Assembly: GCA_041660065.1 (NCBI GenBank) | Contig: JBAZXC010000003.1 | Span: 1,495-65,494, forward strand | Length of the DNA: 64,000 nt | Direction: 5' to 3' | Source of the DNA: Parcubacteria group bacterium | GTDB taxonomy: Bacteria; Patescibacteriota; Minisyncoccia; Moranbacterales; GCA-2747515 | Part shown: in pieces, positions 8,893 to 18,912 of the stretch | Position numbering within the stretch: the stretch's first letter is position 1 | Layout: every line of letters starts with the position of its first letter | Made by a program: the position numbers and the translations under genes | The notes under the pieces: generated by a model | Seen by the model: only the letters and a program-made list of their open reading frames with translations | Databases searched by the model: none | What the model was told of the DNA's origin: nothing

Positions 8893-9075
8893 ATGAAATT
8901 TTTACTTTTCGTATTCAATTTAATAGCAGTTATTTATCTGATGTCCTTTATAAATATAAACAGCGACATCTTTGGTATGGCTATTATTTGGAGTATTGCT
9001 TTTGGAGTGCTTCTTTTTCTGAATGTTCTTATGTTTATTTGTTATAGATATTTGAAGAGATTTTGCAACAAATAA
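8893..9075 (+). CDS. small membrane protein (60 aa, 2 TM)
   Basis: MKFLLFVFNLIAVIYLMSF...IIWSIAFGVLLFLNVLMFICY. Confidence 0.35.
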   Translation: MKFLLFVFNLIAVIYLMSFININSDIFGMAIIWSIAFGVLLFLNVLMFICYRYLKRFCNK

Positions 9076-9220
9076 ACTGCTATGCTTTATAAAATTTGCA
9101 ATAGTGATAGACTGGTTATGAGACCAGTTTTTTAAATAAGAGTGGCCTAGAATTCCTTACAAACACTTATATAAGGGTCGATGATTTAAAAAGCAATTGA
9201 ATTAAGAGAAGAAAAGTTAT

Positions 9221-12200
9221 ATGACAAATACCAATCGCACAAGCTCAATTAGAAGCGGTTTTGCCTACCAGAATTTCTGGGGTTTAAGGCTGTGCGGAGA
9301 ATGGTTGGCTAGTCCAGAGCAGTACAAATGGATTCAATTTGAAACATGTCCTGATGAAAAAGATCCAAATAAATTCTATTTGGACGACATTGTTTGTCTT
9401 GATTCAGATAACTTATGGCATTTGTATCAAACTAAATATAGACAGGATTGCACTAATAAGTGGACCTGGGATAATTTTTTAAATGCGGAACGGAGTGGCG
9501 GAACTTCACTTATAAGAAAATGGGCAAATTCTTTAGCTAATCGTCTCGACAAAACCAAGGCGGCATTTTTTATAACAAATGGTGATTCTGAAGATTGCAT
9601 TAGCAAATATATATACGATGAATTGCTTAATATCGAAGAAATAAAGAAAAAGGACCCCGCTCTTTATGATCGAATTGTTGTAGAAATAGGAATCGAGAAT
9701 GATGTTGATTGTATTTTTCAAACACTTCGTTTTCAATTCAATCAAGAAAATCTGTCATCTGATGAATTAGAAAAAAACATACGAAAATATTATTATGAAA
9801 AACTTAATGCGACTGAGTCCGGTGTTACTAATTTATATCATGAAATAGACAAGGAGTGCAGGCAAAAGAATACTCAACAACTAAGCATCGAGCTACTTCG
9901 TAAGTGGTGTGAATTTGATACGCCTCGGTCACTGGATGAACAGTTTGATATTCCGACTGATTTTGAATTTTTTGATGATAAAACTCATCAGTCTATCCTA
10001 AATGATCTAGGGAAAACAGAGGGCGGTATCCGAGTAATTTTTGGTAATCCAGGTGTTGGCAAGAGCGTATATTTATCAAAGCTTTCTGATGAGCTGGGTG
10101 AGAAAAAAATAATTTCAATCAAGCATCATTACCACATTTCACCAGAAGATTCTAATCCCCAAGAGCGCTTGAACGCGAAGCGAGTAATTGAGGCCATAAA
10201 GTCACAATTAAAGTCTCACAAGGAAGCTCTTGGTGATTTGGCGAATAAGGACTCAAGAAAAATACCAGTTGGAGAGTTTATTACAAAAATAGGCACGAAA
10301 CTCAATGGAAATAACAAAACTCTCGTTATAATTATTGATGGACTTGATCATGTTTTGCGCTATGGTGAAAAGGAAGAATTAGAGAGTTTTTTAAGAGAAA
10401 TATGCGTACCGCAGCCTGGAGTTTGGATAGTTATTGGTATGCAATTAATTGCTAAGTCGCATTTGCCTCAAGTGGTTTTTGATAAGTTTCCAGAGAACAA
10501 ATGGATGGAAATAAAGGGATTGAGCAAGGAAGCTGTCTCAAGGGTTATCCAAAAAAACAACATAAAGTTACATCTACCAGATCAAGCAGAGCTACTCAAG
10601 AGTTTAGTGGAAAAGTTATTTTCAATCACAGATGGTAATCCATTGCATTTGCGTTATAGTTTGCAGCAATTAAAAAATATATCTGGGAATAGTATCGTTA
10701 CGGAATATTCCTGCAACGATCTCATATCGTATGGAGATGGTATAGAAAAGTATTATGATTCTCTCTGGAATCATATTTCAGATAACGCAAAATCACTCCT
10801 GCTTACAATGGCTAGTGTTAATTTTCTTTTTACGGAGCAGCAACTTATTGAATGCATTTCTTTTTTTGTGACCGATTCTAAGGATGTAACAGATGGGTTT
10901 AATCAAATCTCACATTTAATTTCAAAAAATATACGCGGGCAGATGAGCGTATTTCATAACAGTTTCGAATTATTTTTGAGGAATCGGAAGGAAATGACAC
11001 AGCAAAAAATTGTTATAAAAACAAATATTAAGAAATGGCTGGAGCAATCTAATTATGAATATCTAAAATGGGCAGAATTAAGGATAATTGAGCATGAACT
11101 TGGAAATAGTGAACGGATTCTTGAAATAGATAGAGAGTGGCTTATAGATGCTATTTGCTATCCATGCAATACTGCTCAAATTTCTAAGCAAATGAAATTA
11201 GCTGTCAGAGTGAATCTTGAAAAAGAAGACTTTGGAGCGGCATTGCAAATTTCTTATTTGCATACTTACTATATAAATTCCAAAGATTTTGCAGAGGAGA
11301 CTCCCGAATTAATTTTCGAAGAAGCACTTTGTCTGAAGCAAAATATCTTTGAATATATTGATTTTAAATCATTACCAACAACGCTGTTTTCTGTTGTTGC
11401 AGAAATGGCAGATTCCAACGGAAATAATCTTGCAGCAGAGGAAGCTAAAGACGAGTTAATCGAGCGCTTAAGTCGGCAAGAATATCGTAAGAATGAAATT
11501 CCTCGAGTAACGGGTGTATTTCTAGATGTCATTCCTTTTGATAGAGCTCATAAATTAGTCAAAGTTTATAAATATATAGTTCAATTTAGAAATCTAGATG
11601 TAACAGGTGAATTATTTAAAATTTATTCTCGTAGACTATTGGAATTAGGTCAAAAAAACAAAGTGCTTGAGTTACTAAAACTTAAGCTCAATGATATTGA
11701 GAAGAGAGCTGTTTTAGCGGAATGTGCTGTACATGGATTTAAGAATAGGACCGAAGATTGCTCCATCTATTTTAATGAGGAACAAAATTTAACGCCACTT
11801 TGCTTGCTGTATAAATCAATAAGGAATGAGAAATTTAATCTTCCTGCTCTTCCAAAATATGATATTTTTCCTGAAACAATTCGTGAGCATGATCCCGAAG
11901 AGCGAAAAAAATGGAGTGAATTTTATTATCATAATTTTATTGTTGGATTGTTATATGGTTTTTCTGACAATAAAAAAGATATAGAAAAATGGATTGCTAA
12001 TATTCCTGATGCATGGCCAGCTAAGGCAGTAGCCGCCTTATTTGTTGCAAGTTTAAAAGTTAGTGACGGCATTAAAAACTGTAAATTTGAATATGTAGAT
12101 TTATTCAATTCATTGGTTGACTTGCAAGCTCTGAAGTGGCCCGAAGATCGGGATGTTTTAAACTTTCAGACTGCATTCAGTGACGCTATTAGCGAAATAT

Positions 12201-15200
12201 TTGAAATCGTTATTTATATTAAGGGATACATTGGAGACAATCAAGAAATTACTCTGTCTGATTATATAATGATCACTGGTAGCACAAGTTTCTTAAATGA
12301 AAATAATCTGACGGCGTTAGTTCTAAAAATATACAGGCCACTATTTTCACGTGAGGTATATGAAAAAATAAAAAATAAAAATATATACGGACTTCGTGAT
12401 ACCGTAGATCAGTTTCCCATTAGGGCTAGAGAATACGGCGTCATCTCAAAACTTGCTAGATTGTATGAAGATTTAAAATTATCAAAAGAGGTCCTGAAGA
12501 AAGCGGCGGATAATCTTCTTGGCTATGGTGACCATAAAGACGTCTATTTGTTTGATGTGCTTGAAGTAATAGAGTTTTGTGCACAAGCTGGGGTTGGTCA
12601 AGAAAAAATTAATGAATGGATTTTAAAAACTATTCCATTGATAGAAAATGTCGGAAAATATACCGATGGAGATGAAACACATGCCCTACCTATCGAACTT
12701 GCAGATGTTTTAGCTAAATATAATCCCGGGCTATTGCGTAAGTATTATTATTGGTCTGCTGATCAGGAGAATCTTTATCACGCTGAAGACTTATTTGAGT
12801 GTGTATTGACCTCTCTTGTGTTTAAAAGTGAAGAGGAGATTGCCTTAGCAAAGACTGTTGTTGAAAAAGATTCTTTTTTGAAGCTTAAAGCAACTGCAGT
12901 GAATAATCTCGGCGCCTCAGAGGCTTTGAATGACACGCAGGCTTATCTTGGTGAAATTAGTTTTCCTGAAGAAAAACAAAGTCCTTATACCGGCTCAGGC
13001 AAGCCCGTATATAACTATTCAGAGATTAATCCTGATAAATTAGTAGACCACATTAGCAATAATTTTGAGAATAAATGGGAGCGAAATAGCTATTTAGAGG
13101 GATGGTTTATTTATTGGTTGGAAAAAAATAATAAAGCCAAAATATATGACATTTTCAAAAATGTTATTGACAAATTTGGCGTTCAATCTGTATCAGGAGA
13201 GATTCTTGATATAGCATACCCTCTAGCGTATGAATTTGATAATGAAGCCGCTTTTGATATTGTATGCAAAGCTCAATCAAAGGATAATGGATGGCAAGGA
13301 TATTGGACTGACAAGAAAAAATCTGAAAAAAGATGGCAGTTTATTAAAGAAAAGTACCCGCAACGATATGTAGATTTTTTTCAGAAGAGCACTAATGGCT
13401 ATATTCCATTATCAAGAGGGGTTGAATACTTTCTTTTATTCAATGATTTAAAGCGGGCCGAAGAAATAGTGGAGGCAAGTATCCAGTTTGCAAAATCCTT
13501 GATGGCAAATAGCAATCTGCCATCGCCAGCATGGCTGGAGGAAAAAGAAATTGACGCGCTTGATATTTTAATTCAGCGATTAATTTGGCCTAGTCCATTA
13601 GTCCGAGAAAGAGCTGCCACTGCCTTAGCGAGCTTGCTTTGTTCGAGTAAGAAAAAATTGAATATCTTTAACCATCTGTTGCTCTGGCTTAAACAACAAA
13701 AGATAGAATCTGTAGCAGCAATTGGACTTCTTCCTATCATCAAAACTTTTTATATATGTAAAGACACTAAAGATTTAAAATACATCAACATTGACGATGT
13801 AGCCTCTTCAATGTCAGTAAGTTCCGAAGTTATAGAAGCATTATTTAAGGAGCTTTCAGATTTAAAAAACAAGCCAACGCCAAATTTAAAGCCCTTTAAA
13901 AATATTAAGGAATTTGGAGATGGTTATATTCCAAGTAGCTTCTTCTCTAAACATGTGCAAACATTTCTTGCACCTATTTATATGGATAGGGCAAAAAATA
14001 TTGAAAGGCGATCAGGGAAAAGCTTTATCAAACAATGGGCGTTTATTTCAGATGAGATAATAAAGGATTTAGGAATAGAGCCTAACCATGACCATGTTTA
14101 TTATTATGGTCGCAGTCAACAAGGTGAATTTTTACTTGGTTTTTCCACAAAAATAAGTGAAGTATATAGATCAGCATTTTTAAGAGCTATACAATATTTT
14201 TACCAAAATGGAGATATCGAGAAAGATTTTTATTTGGAATATGCTTATGCGACGCTGCCTATAGAATTATCCAAATGGAAAATTTTACCAAATCGTGCGC
14301 CAGAATGGTGGCCGCAGATCGCATCCAAAAGTAGGGAAGACGATAATGAAGATACTTCTTTGGAGAGTATTTCTTTTAAGAAAGCTCCGGAGGATTTGAT
14401 TAATAATCAGGATGATAAATTAATAATTGCAGCTGAGGGTGCTATCAAGCCAGATAATGGCTGGAAAAATGATCCAGAACATTCATTTAAGTTGATCGCC
14501 TTTGGCTACAGAGCTGTAGGTCCAGAAGTGCCAACCCCGGATGAGGTTTCAGATAGAATTTCTTATGCTTCTCCTGGTTTGATTACTATCCCCTCAAGAA
14601 CACACAAGCCCTTTAATTTCTTAGAAGATAAGGAAAATCATTTACCAGTTAGGCATGAGCCATTCCGAATCAAGGATATTGTAATCTATCCTATCATAGC
14701 CAGGGAACGCGATCTTTCCATTGCCCTTTGGCAATATTTCAGAGATTATAATGTACCATTCAATTTAAACCTCCCACTTTCACAAGAGCTTAAGCTCGTT
14801 TTACAAAAAAATAGCTGGCAGCTGGAGGATAAAAATGGTAAAGCTGTGGTCATGCATAGTGATTGGCTTGAGGGATTAAAGGAGAGATACAATCGAGATA
14901 TGCCCATACCGCATGGTCAGTTTCTGATAGTGGAACAAAGCTTCTTAGATGATTGCTTGGGCAAAGATATTAAGATTGGATATATGCTGAAAACTACCTA
15001 TAGGACAAGGAAGCACAGCTATGATGAGGTTGAAAAGGATAGTAAGATTAAATTAATAAATGTTATTGGTATACCCGAAAAGCCCAAGGGGTATGATTTA
15101 AATGAAATTGAAGAAAGGAACGCTGCATTAAATAAATATCTCGAAAACATTACTGATGAAGAGCTTCTGGAAAAAAGTGAAAAAGAGACAGCCCAAACCG

Positions 15201-16009
15201 AATTGGATTTTCAAGCGCTAAAAGAAGCACTTAAAAATAATAAGTGCAGCTTATGTGGTAATTCAATCTCTCAGTTCTCTGAAAAAAAGCCTTGCCTTCA
15301 TTGGCTATTGAAGCCCAATGGTTTCAAAAAAAAGCATTTTCCATTATTATTTGAAAAATATAATTTTCATAGAATGGAGGCTTATCTTCGGTGGGTGGCA
15401 AATACTGATGTGCCATTAAAAAATATAAATGATCTTGTTGAGGAAAAAACATCTTCAAAGAAAATTGAGTTAACAATTCGGTATAAAAACTTAGAATGGT
15501 CTTTTTCATGTGCAGAATCTGACTTTAGCGGACATCAAGATAGTCATGAAGGAAAAATGCCACACTATCATTTTCAAATGAAATTAGATGACAGAGTTAT
15601 TATAAATTATGGAGGTTTTCATATTCCGTTCCACGATGAGGATTTTTTTGGTTTTTCTATAAGCGAAGGAAAGATACCAAGGCTCGGCTACAAGCATATA
15701 CATGGGGCAGGGATGCAGGAATTATTAGATAACTTTTCTCCAGATGAGCTTTTGGATCAAATGATTAGGGCTGAAAACTATGATGATGCTCAATTGCACA
15801 CGTCTACTTTGGTTGAAGCAGCCCCCGGAACAACCATATCGGGCACGGATATCGCAAATCTTTATAAAGAACATAAAGAAACAGGCATACCAATGGCTAA
15901 ATTAATCAAAAAATTGCCCAATGTAAAAGCAATGAGCGTGATATCTCCTGGTCCTGGTGTGCCAGATCTGGCTAAGCGCACGTCGCGTCGTCGTAAAGGC
16001 GATAAGTAG
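9221..16009 (+). CDS. giant (2262 aa) P-loop NTPase, NACHT/STAND-like, with an N-terminal about 260-aa domain of unknown type (possible nuclease-like effector), a very long helical middle and a C-terminal Cys/His-rich domain
   Basis: Walker A 'IRVIFGNPGVGKSVYLSKL' at about aa 275. Walker B 'KTLVIIIDGLDHV' (hhhhDGLD, NACHT-like) at about aa 370. N-terminal 'SGFAYQNFWGLRLCGEWL' and 'PDEKDP...LDDIVCLDSDN...YQTKY'. C-terminal 'CSLCGNSISQFSEKKPCLHWL...HQDSHEGKMPHYHFQ'. The uninterrupted 6.8-kb ORF is preceded by an SD-like 'agagaagaaaag'. Confidence 0.8.
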   Translation: MTNTNRTSSIRSGFAYQNFWGLRLCGEWLASPEQYKWIQFETCPDEKDPNKFYLDDIVCLDSDNLWHLYQTKYRQDCTNKWTWDNFLNAERSGGTSLIRKWANSLANRLDKTKAAFFITNGDSEDCISKYIYDELLNIEEIKKKDPALYDRIVVEIGIENDVDCIFQTLRFQFNQENLSSDELEKNIRKYYYEKLNATESGVTNLYHEIDKECRQKNTQQLSIELLRKWCEFDTPRSLDEQFDIPTDFEFFDDKTHQSILNDLGKTEGGIRVIFGNPGVGKSVYLSKLSDELGEKKIISIKHHYHISPEDSNPQERLNAKRVIEAIKSQLKSHKEALGDLANKDSRKIPVGEFITKIGTKLNGNNKTLVIIIDGLDHVLRYGEKEELESFLREICVPQPGVWIVIGMQLIAKSHLPQVVFDKFPENKWMEIKGLSKEAVSRVIQKNNIKLHLPDQAELLKSLVEKLFSITDGNPLHLRYSLQQLKNISGNSIVTEYSCNDLISYGDGIEKYYDSLWNHISDNAKSLLLTMASVNFLFTEQQLIECISFFVTDSKDVTDGFNQISHLISKNIRGQMSVFHNSFELFLRNRKEMTQQKIVIKTNIKKWLEQSNYEYLKWAELRIIEHELGNSERILEIDREWLIDAICYPCNTAQISKQMKLAVRVNLEKEDFGAALQISYLHTYYINSKDFAEETPELIFEEALCLKQNIFEYIDFKSLPTTLFSVVAEMADSNGNNLAAEEAKDELIERLSRQEYRKNEIPRVTGVFLDVIPFDRAHKLVKVYKYIVQFRNLDVTGELFKIYSRRLLELGQKNKVLELLKLKLNDIEKRAVLAECAVHGFKNRTEDCSIYFNEEQNLTPLCLLYKSIRNEKFNLPALPKYDIFPETIREHDPEERKKWSEFYYHNFIVGLLYGFSDNKKDIEKWIANIPDAWPAKAVAALFVASLKVSDGIKNCKFEYVDLFNSLVDLQALKWPEDRDVLNFQTAFSDAISEIFEIVIYIKGYIGDNQEITLSDYIMITGSTSFLNENNLTALVLKIYRPLFSREVYEKIKNKNIYGLRDTVDQFPIRAREYGVISKLARLYEDLKLSKEVLKKAADNLLGYGDHKDVYLFDVLEVIEFCAQAGVGQEKINEWILKTIPLIENVGKYTDGDETHALPIELADVLAKYNPGLLRKYYYWSADQENLYHAEDLFECVLTSLVFKSEEEIALAKTVVEKDSFLKLKATAVNNLGASEALNDTQAYLGEISFPEEKQSPYTGSGKPVYNYSEINPDKLVDHISNNFENKWERNSYLEGWFIYWLEKNNKAKIYDIFKNVIDKFGVQSVSGEILDIAYPLAYEFDNEAAFDIVCKAQSKDNGWQGYWTDKKKSEKRWQFIKEKYPQRYVDFFQKSTNGYIPLSRGVEYFLLFNDLKRAEEIVEASIQFAKSLMANSNLPSPAWLEEKEIDALDILIQRLIWPSPLVRERAATALASLLCSSKKKLNIFNHLLLWLKQQKIESVAAIGLLPIIKTFYICKDTKDLKYINIDDVASSMSVSSEVIEALFKELSDLKNKPTPNLKPFKNIKEFGDGYIPSSFFSKHVQTFLAPIYMDRAKNIERRSGKSFIKQWAFISDEIIKDLGIEPNHDHVYYYGRSQQGEFLLGFSTKISEVYRSAFLRAIQYFYQNGDIEKDFYLEYAYATLPIELSKWKILPNRAPEWWPQIASKSREDDNEDTSLESISFKKAPEDLINNQDDKLIIAAEGAIKPDNGWKNDPEHSFKLIAFGYRAVGPEVPTPDEVSDRISYASPGLITIPSRTHKPFNFLEDKENHLPVRHEPFRIKDIVIYPIIARERDLSIALWQYFRDYNVPFNLNLPLSQELKLVLQKNSWQLEDKNGKAVVMHSDWLEGLKERYNRDMPIPHGQFLIVEQSFLDDCLGKDIKIGYMLKTTYRTRKHSYDEVEKDSKIKLINVIGIPEKPKGYDLNEIEERNAALNKYLENITDEELLEKSEKETAQTELDFQALKEALKNNKCSLCGNSISQFSEKKPCLHWLLKPNGFKKKHFPLLFEKYNFHRMEAYLRWVANTDVPLKNINDLVEEKTSSKKIELTIRYKNLEWSFSCAESDFSGHQDSHEGKMPHYHFQMKLDDRVIINYGGFHIPFHDEDFFGFSISEGKIPRLGYKHIHGAGMQELLDNFSPDELLDQMIRAENYDDAQLHTSTLVEAAPGTTISGTDIANLYKEHKETGIPMAKLIKKLPNVKAMSVISPGPGVPDLAKRTSRRRKGDK

Positions 16010-16087
16010 TCGCACTCTTGATTAAAAGTGCACACAAGCCCAAACAAAGGCCTAGTCTTGTCTTTTATGCTCAAGCACGGGACTATT

Positions 16088-17608
16088 TTATTTTTTCAAT
16101 AAGGTTCTGACTTCTTCCATAACGTGGAGCAATTTTCCAGTTTTCTGGTAAGCAATGACCCCTGCAAAGGGGTTTTTTGTTTCAAATACTAAAATTTTTC
16201 CTTGTAACGAAAAGTTCTGAAATACGAAATTGATGAGTTGTGTTTTCTCCTCTGGTTCCGCAACTTGAAAAATCTCCCATGACTTCTGAGATAAGTCTAT
16301 AATAGTACCAGCTGTAATATAGAAGTTCTGGTTTGCTTTGCTATGATCTTCTAATTGCTCCATTAAGTCCTGTTCTTGTAATTTATAGTCATTGCAGCGC
16401 TTATCATAATCTTCAGTTGTTATACGTCCATCCAATCGATCCTCGTACATCACTTTATATCGATTTCGGATTTTACTGAGCTTATGCTCTAATGTATTTT
16501 TATTTTGTATAAAGTATTCTTGCTCTGAATCGTGAATTCGTCGCATTTCGGTAGTTAGTTTATCCAAGGATTTTTTTGTGAGTTTCATATTTTGAAACTC
16601 TTGTTTGATTTGCAAAATCAAATCTTTTTCTCGTATCCAAACAACGTTTGTGCAATTTCCATGGTAATTTGTACAATGATAGTAAATGTATTTTCCCTTC
16701 TTAATTTCTGGAGAAATTGCGCATCCACATTCTGCGCATTTTACAAGTCCCCGAAAAATGTATGGCTTGTTGGTTCGCTTGTAGTTTTGTTTGTTATATC
16801 CAGCAATGACTTTTTGAACTTTTTCAAAAAGATGTCTCGGGACGACCGTGTCATATCTATGTTTGTAAATTTTTCCATTATAAAGCATTTCCCCGTGATA
16901 GAATGAATCTTTGAGTATCTTGTGAATTTGACTGGCTGTAACTGGTTTATTGCTTGGATAATTTGTAAGACCTCTCTTATTCATTTCTTTTGCAAGTGAT
17001 TTTGCAGAATATCCGCCAGCGGCATAAAGTTCAAATGCTTTTAGAATATAGTGACTGCGCTCTTCGTCAATAACAATATCTTTTTTACCATCACTCAATG
17101 TGATATTTTTGTATCCAATGTGAGCTTTCCCAGGCAGCTCACCGTTGTTTAGTTTTTCTCGTAAACTACGCTTTACGTTATCGCCAAGTTGTAGGACATA
17201 ACTTCTTGCAAACATTACTCCCATATCCCAACGCAATAGGTCCGCGCTGTTTGAATCTTTGTTGAGAATGAGGTTTTCACGTAAAAAATGCAATTCCAAT
17301 TTTTCTTGTTTGCGAAAATCATCCAAAATAACAGATTCCTTGAAGCCTCTTTGTAAGCGATCAATGGTATCAGTGATCAATGCAATTGGTTCTTTGGATT
17401 TTTTGATGATCTCAATGATGCTGGAAAATTCGTTGCGAACATCCTTTGTTGATGATTCTGTAATCTCAAACACTTCATCAACAAGAAGATTTCTATATTC
17501 GCAATATTCTCTCATACGACGAACTTGTGATGGTATTGATTGCCCCTCTTCCATTTGCTCTTTTGTGGATACACGAGCAAGTATCAATGCTTTCATAAAT
17601 TTTTTCAT
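16088..17608 (-). CDS. large serine recombinase (second copy, different sequence from 4159-5760)
   Basis: N-terminal 'ALILARVSTKEQMEEGQSIPSQ' with the catalytic Ser context, then 'IALITDTIDRLQRGFKESV'. Zinc ribbon 'CAECGCAISPEIKKGKYIYYHCTNYHGNC'. Confidence 0.8.
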   Translation of the reverse strand: MKKFMKALILARVSTKEQMEEGQSIPSQVRRMREYCEYRNLLVDEVFEITESSTKDVRNEFSSIIEIIKKSKEPIALITDTIDRLQRGFKESVILDDFRKQEKLELHFLRENLILNKDSNSADLLRWDMGVMFARSYVLQLGDNVKRSLREKLNNGELPGKAHIGYKNITLSDGKKDIVIDEERSHYILKAFELYAAGGYSAKSLAKEMNKRGLTNYPSNKPVTASQIHKILKDSFYHGEMLYNGKIYKHRYDTVVPRHLFEKVQKVIAGYNKQNYKRTNKPYIFRGLVKCAECGCAISPEIKKGKYIYYHCTNYHGNCTNVVWIREKDLILQIKQEFQNMKLTKKSLDKLTTEMRRIHDSEQEYFIQNKNTLEHKLSKIRNRYKVMYEDRLDGRITTEDYDKRCNDYKLQEQDLMEQLEDHSKANQNFYITAGTIIDLSQKSWEIFQVAEPEEKTQLINFVFQNFSLQGKILVFETKNPFAGVIAYQKTGKLLHVMEEVRTLLKK

Positions 17609-17629
17609 AGTGAATTATAAATACTAAAA

Positions 17630-17724
17630 GGACGGTTCTAGCTTACCCAATAAATCCAAGGAAATACTGGTAGAACCGCCCTTTGAGTAGGACGATGTCC
17701 TTGAATTTATTCTATTGGGTAAGC
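17630..17724. repeat. nested inverted-repeat site between the serine recombinase and the tyrosine integrase; contains ACGGTTCTAG and CCCAATAA half-sites
   Basis: gcttacccaataaatccaagga (17641-17662) pairs with tccttgaatttattctattgggtaagc (17698-17724). ggacggttctagc pairs with ctggtagaaccgccc. The half-site pair recurs in inverted orientation at 31562-31585. Confidence 0.45.
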
Positions 17725-17764
17725 AATGAAATTATACAGTAAGAAAGTGTTTTTTGGTAGGTCT

Positions 17765-18844
17765 CTATTTTATGAGCAATGCATTTCTCACTGCTTTGCC
17801 GAGTTCCTCATTTGATATGTTTATACTCAGTCCATTATTTTTCAGATTTTTCATAGCTTTTACCCGTTCAACGGCCTCAATGGGGGTTAGGGAGCCGTAG
17901 CCGTATGAGCCAAATGTTGTACCGATATGTTCATGTCCAAGTACGAGGCTGATAGCGCGCTTATCCGCTTCAGTCAATCCGAGTTCACTCATAAATGCAA
18001 CAGCGGAATGGCGAAATGAATGAGGATTGTAATAGGGAACATTTGCTTCCTTGCATCTCTCTTGTATGATTTTTCGCGCAGGGTTTGATGATTGCCAAAA
18101 TTCATCCGAGACTTTTTTGAGTGAGAAATCTTGTGTTGCTGGGAATATTGGCTTTTTGCTCCCAAAGCCCTTTTCTTCTGTAAGATAGGAATACCATTCA
18201 AGAAAAATTCTCTCACCATCATCCCAGCCAATGGGAAAAAATGTTGATATAATTTTTTTTGAGTTTTTTGTCTTGACGCCCATTGCGGGGCTCTGTTCGA
18301 TGTGGAGTTTGTGTTTGTCAAATGCTTGCATAGGTAGAGATACAACGGCACTGATGCGCATGCCTGTCAAGATGAGGAATGCAATCATTGCTCTATCGCG
18401 CAGGGCAACCTCGTGATTTCCCGAGATGCTCTGGACAATTGATTTGATTTCCTCAAGTGTTGGAATATCTTTTTCCGTTTTTTCAAGTGCGATGCTCGTT
18501 TCTTTCTTTGAAAGGCGCAGGTAGTCAAGGTCCGTTTTCTTGATTTTATCATAGAATGGTTGATCACTAAGCCATAAAAAGAAGCGTTTAGTGTGTCTGA
18601 GAATGTCATATTGATTTGAGAGTGAAGTGTTATTCTTATCAGCCTCTCGCTTGAGGTATTTTTTGAACTCATCACATAAATCCCGATCAAACTCTGCAAA
18701 ATCAGAATTTTCAAAACACACTTGCCACTTGTAGATGCACTGCGCGTATTTATTGATCGTGCTTTCTGCAAAGCCTTTTGCGCTACGACAATGATTGAAA
18801 TATTCACGTTTTGCCGCCTCATTCTTTATGATCGAATTGGTCAT
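17765..18844 (-). CDS. tyrosine-type site-specific integrase/recombinase
   Basis: C-terminal catalytic region 'HSFRHSAVAFMSELG...LVLGHEHIGTTFGSYGY' with the R..H..R..Y pattern. N-terminal SAM-like DNA-binding region. Confidence 0.85.
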   Translation of the reverse strand: MTNSIIKNEAAKREYFNHCRSAKGFAESTINKYAQCIYKWQVCFENSDFAEFDRDLCDEFKKYLKREADKNNTSLSNQYDILRHTKRFFLWLSDQPFYDKIKKTDLDYLRLSKKETSIALEKTEKDIPTLEEIKSIVQSISGNHEVALRDRAMIAFLILTGMRISAVVSLPMQAFDKHKLHIEQSPAMGVKTKNSKKIISTFFPIGWDDGERIFLEWYSYLTEEKGFGSKKPIFPATQDFSLKKVSDEFWQSSNPARKIIQERCKEANVPYYNPHSFRHSAVAFMSELGLTEADKRAISLVLGHEHIGTTFGSYGYGSLTPIEAVERVKAMKNLKNNGLSINISNEELGKAVRNALLIK

Positions 18845-18912
18845 ATTAGTGTTGTTATCAAATTATGGACATTCGGACATTTATCTAATCTTAGATAAAA
18901 CATGGTAGTACA

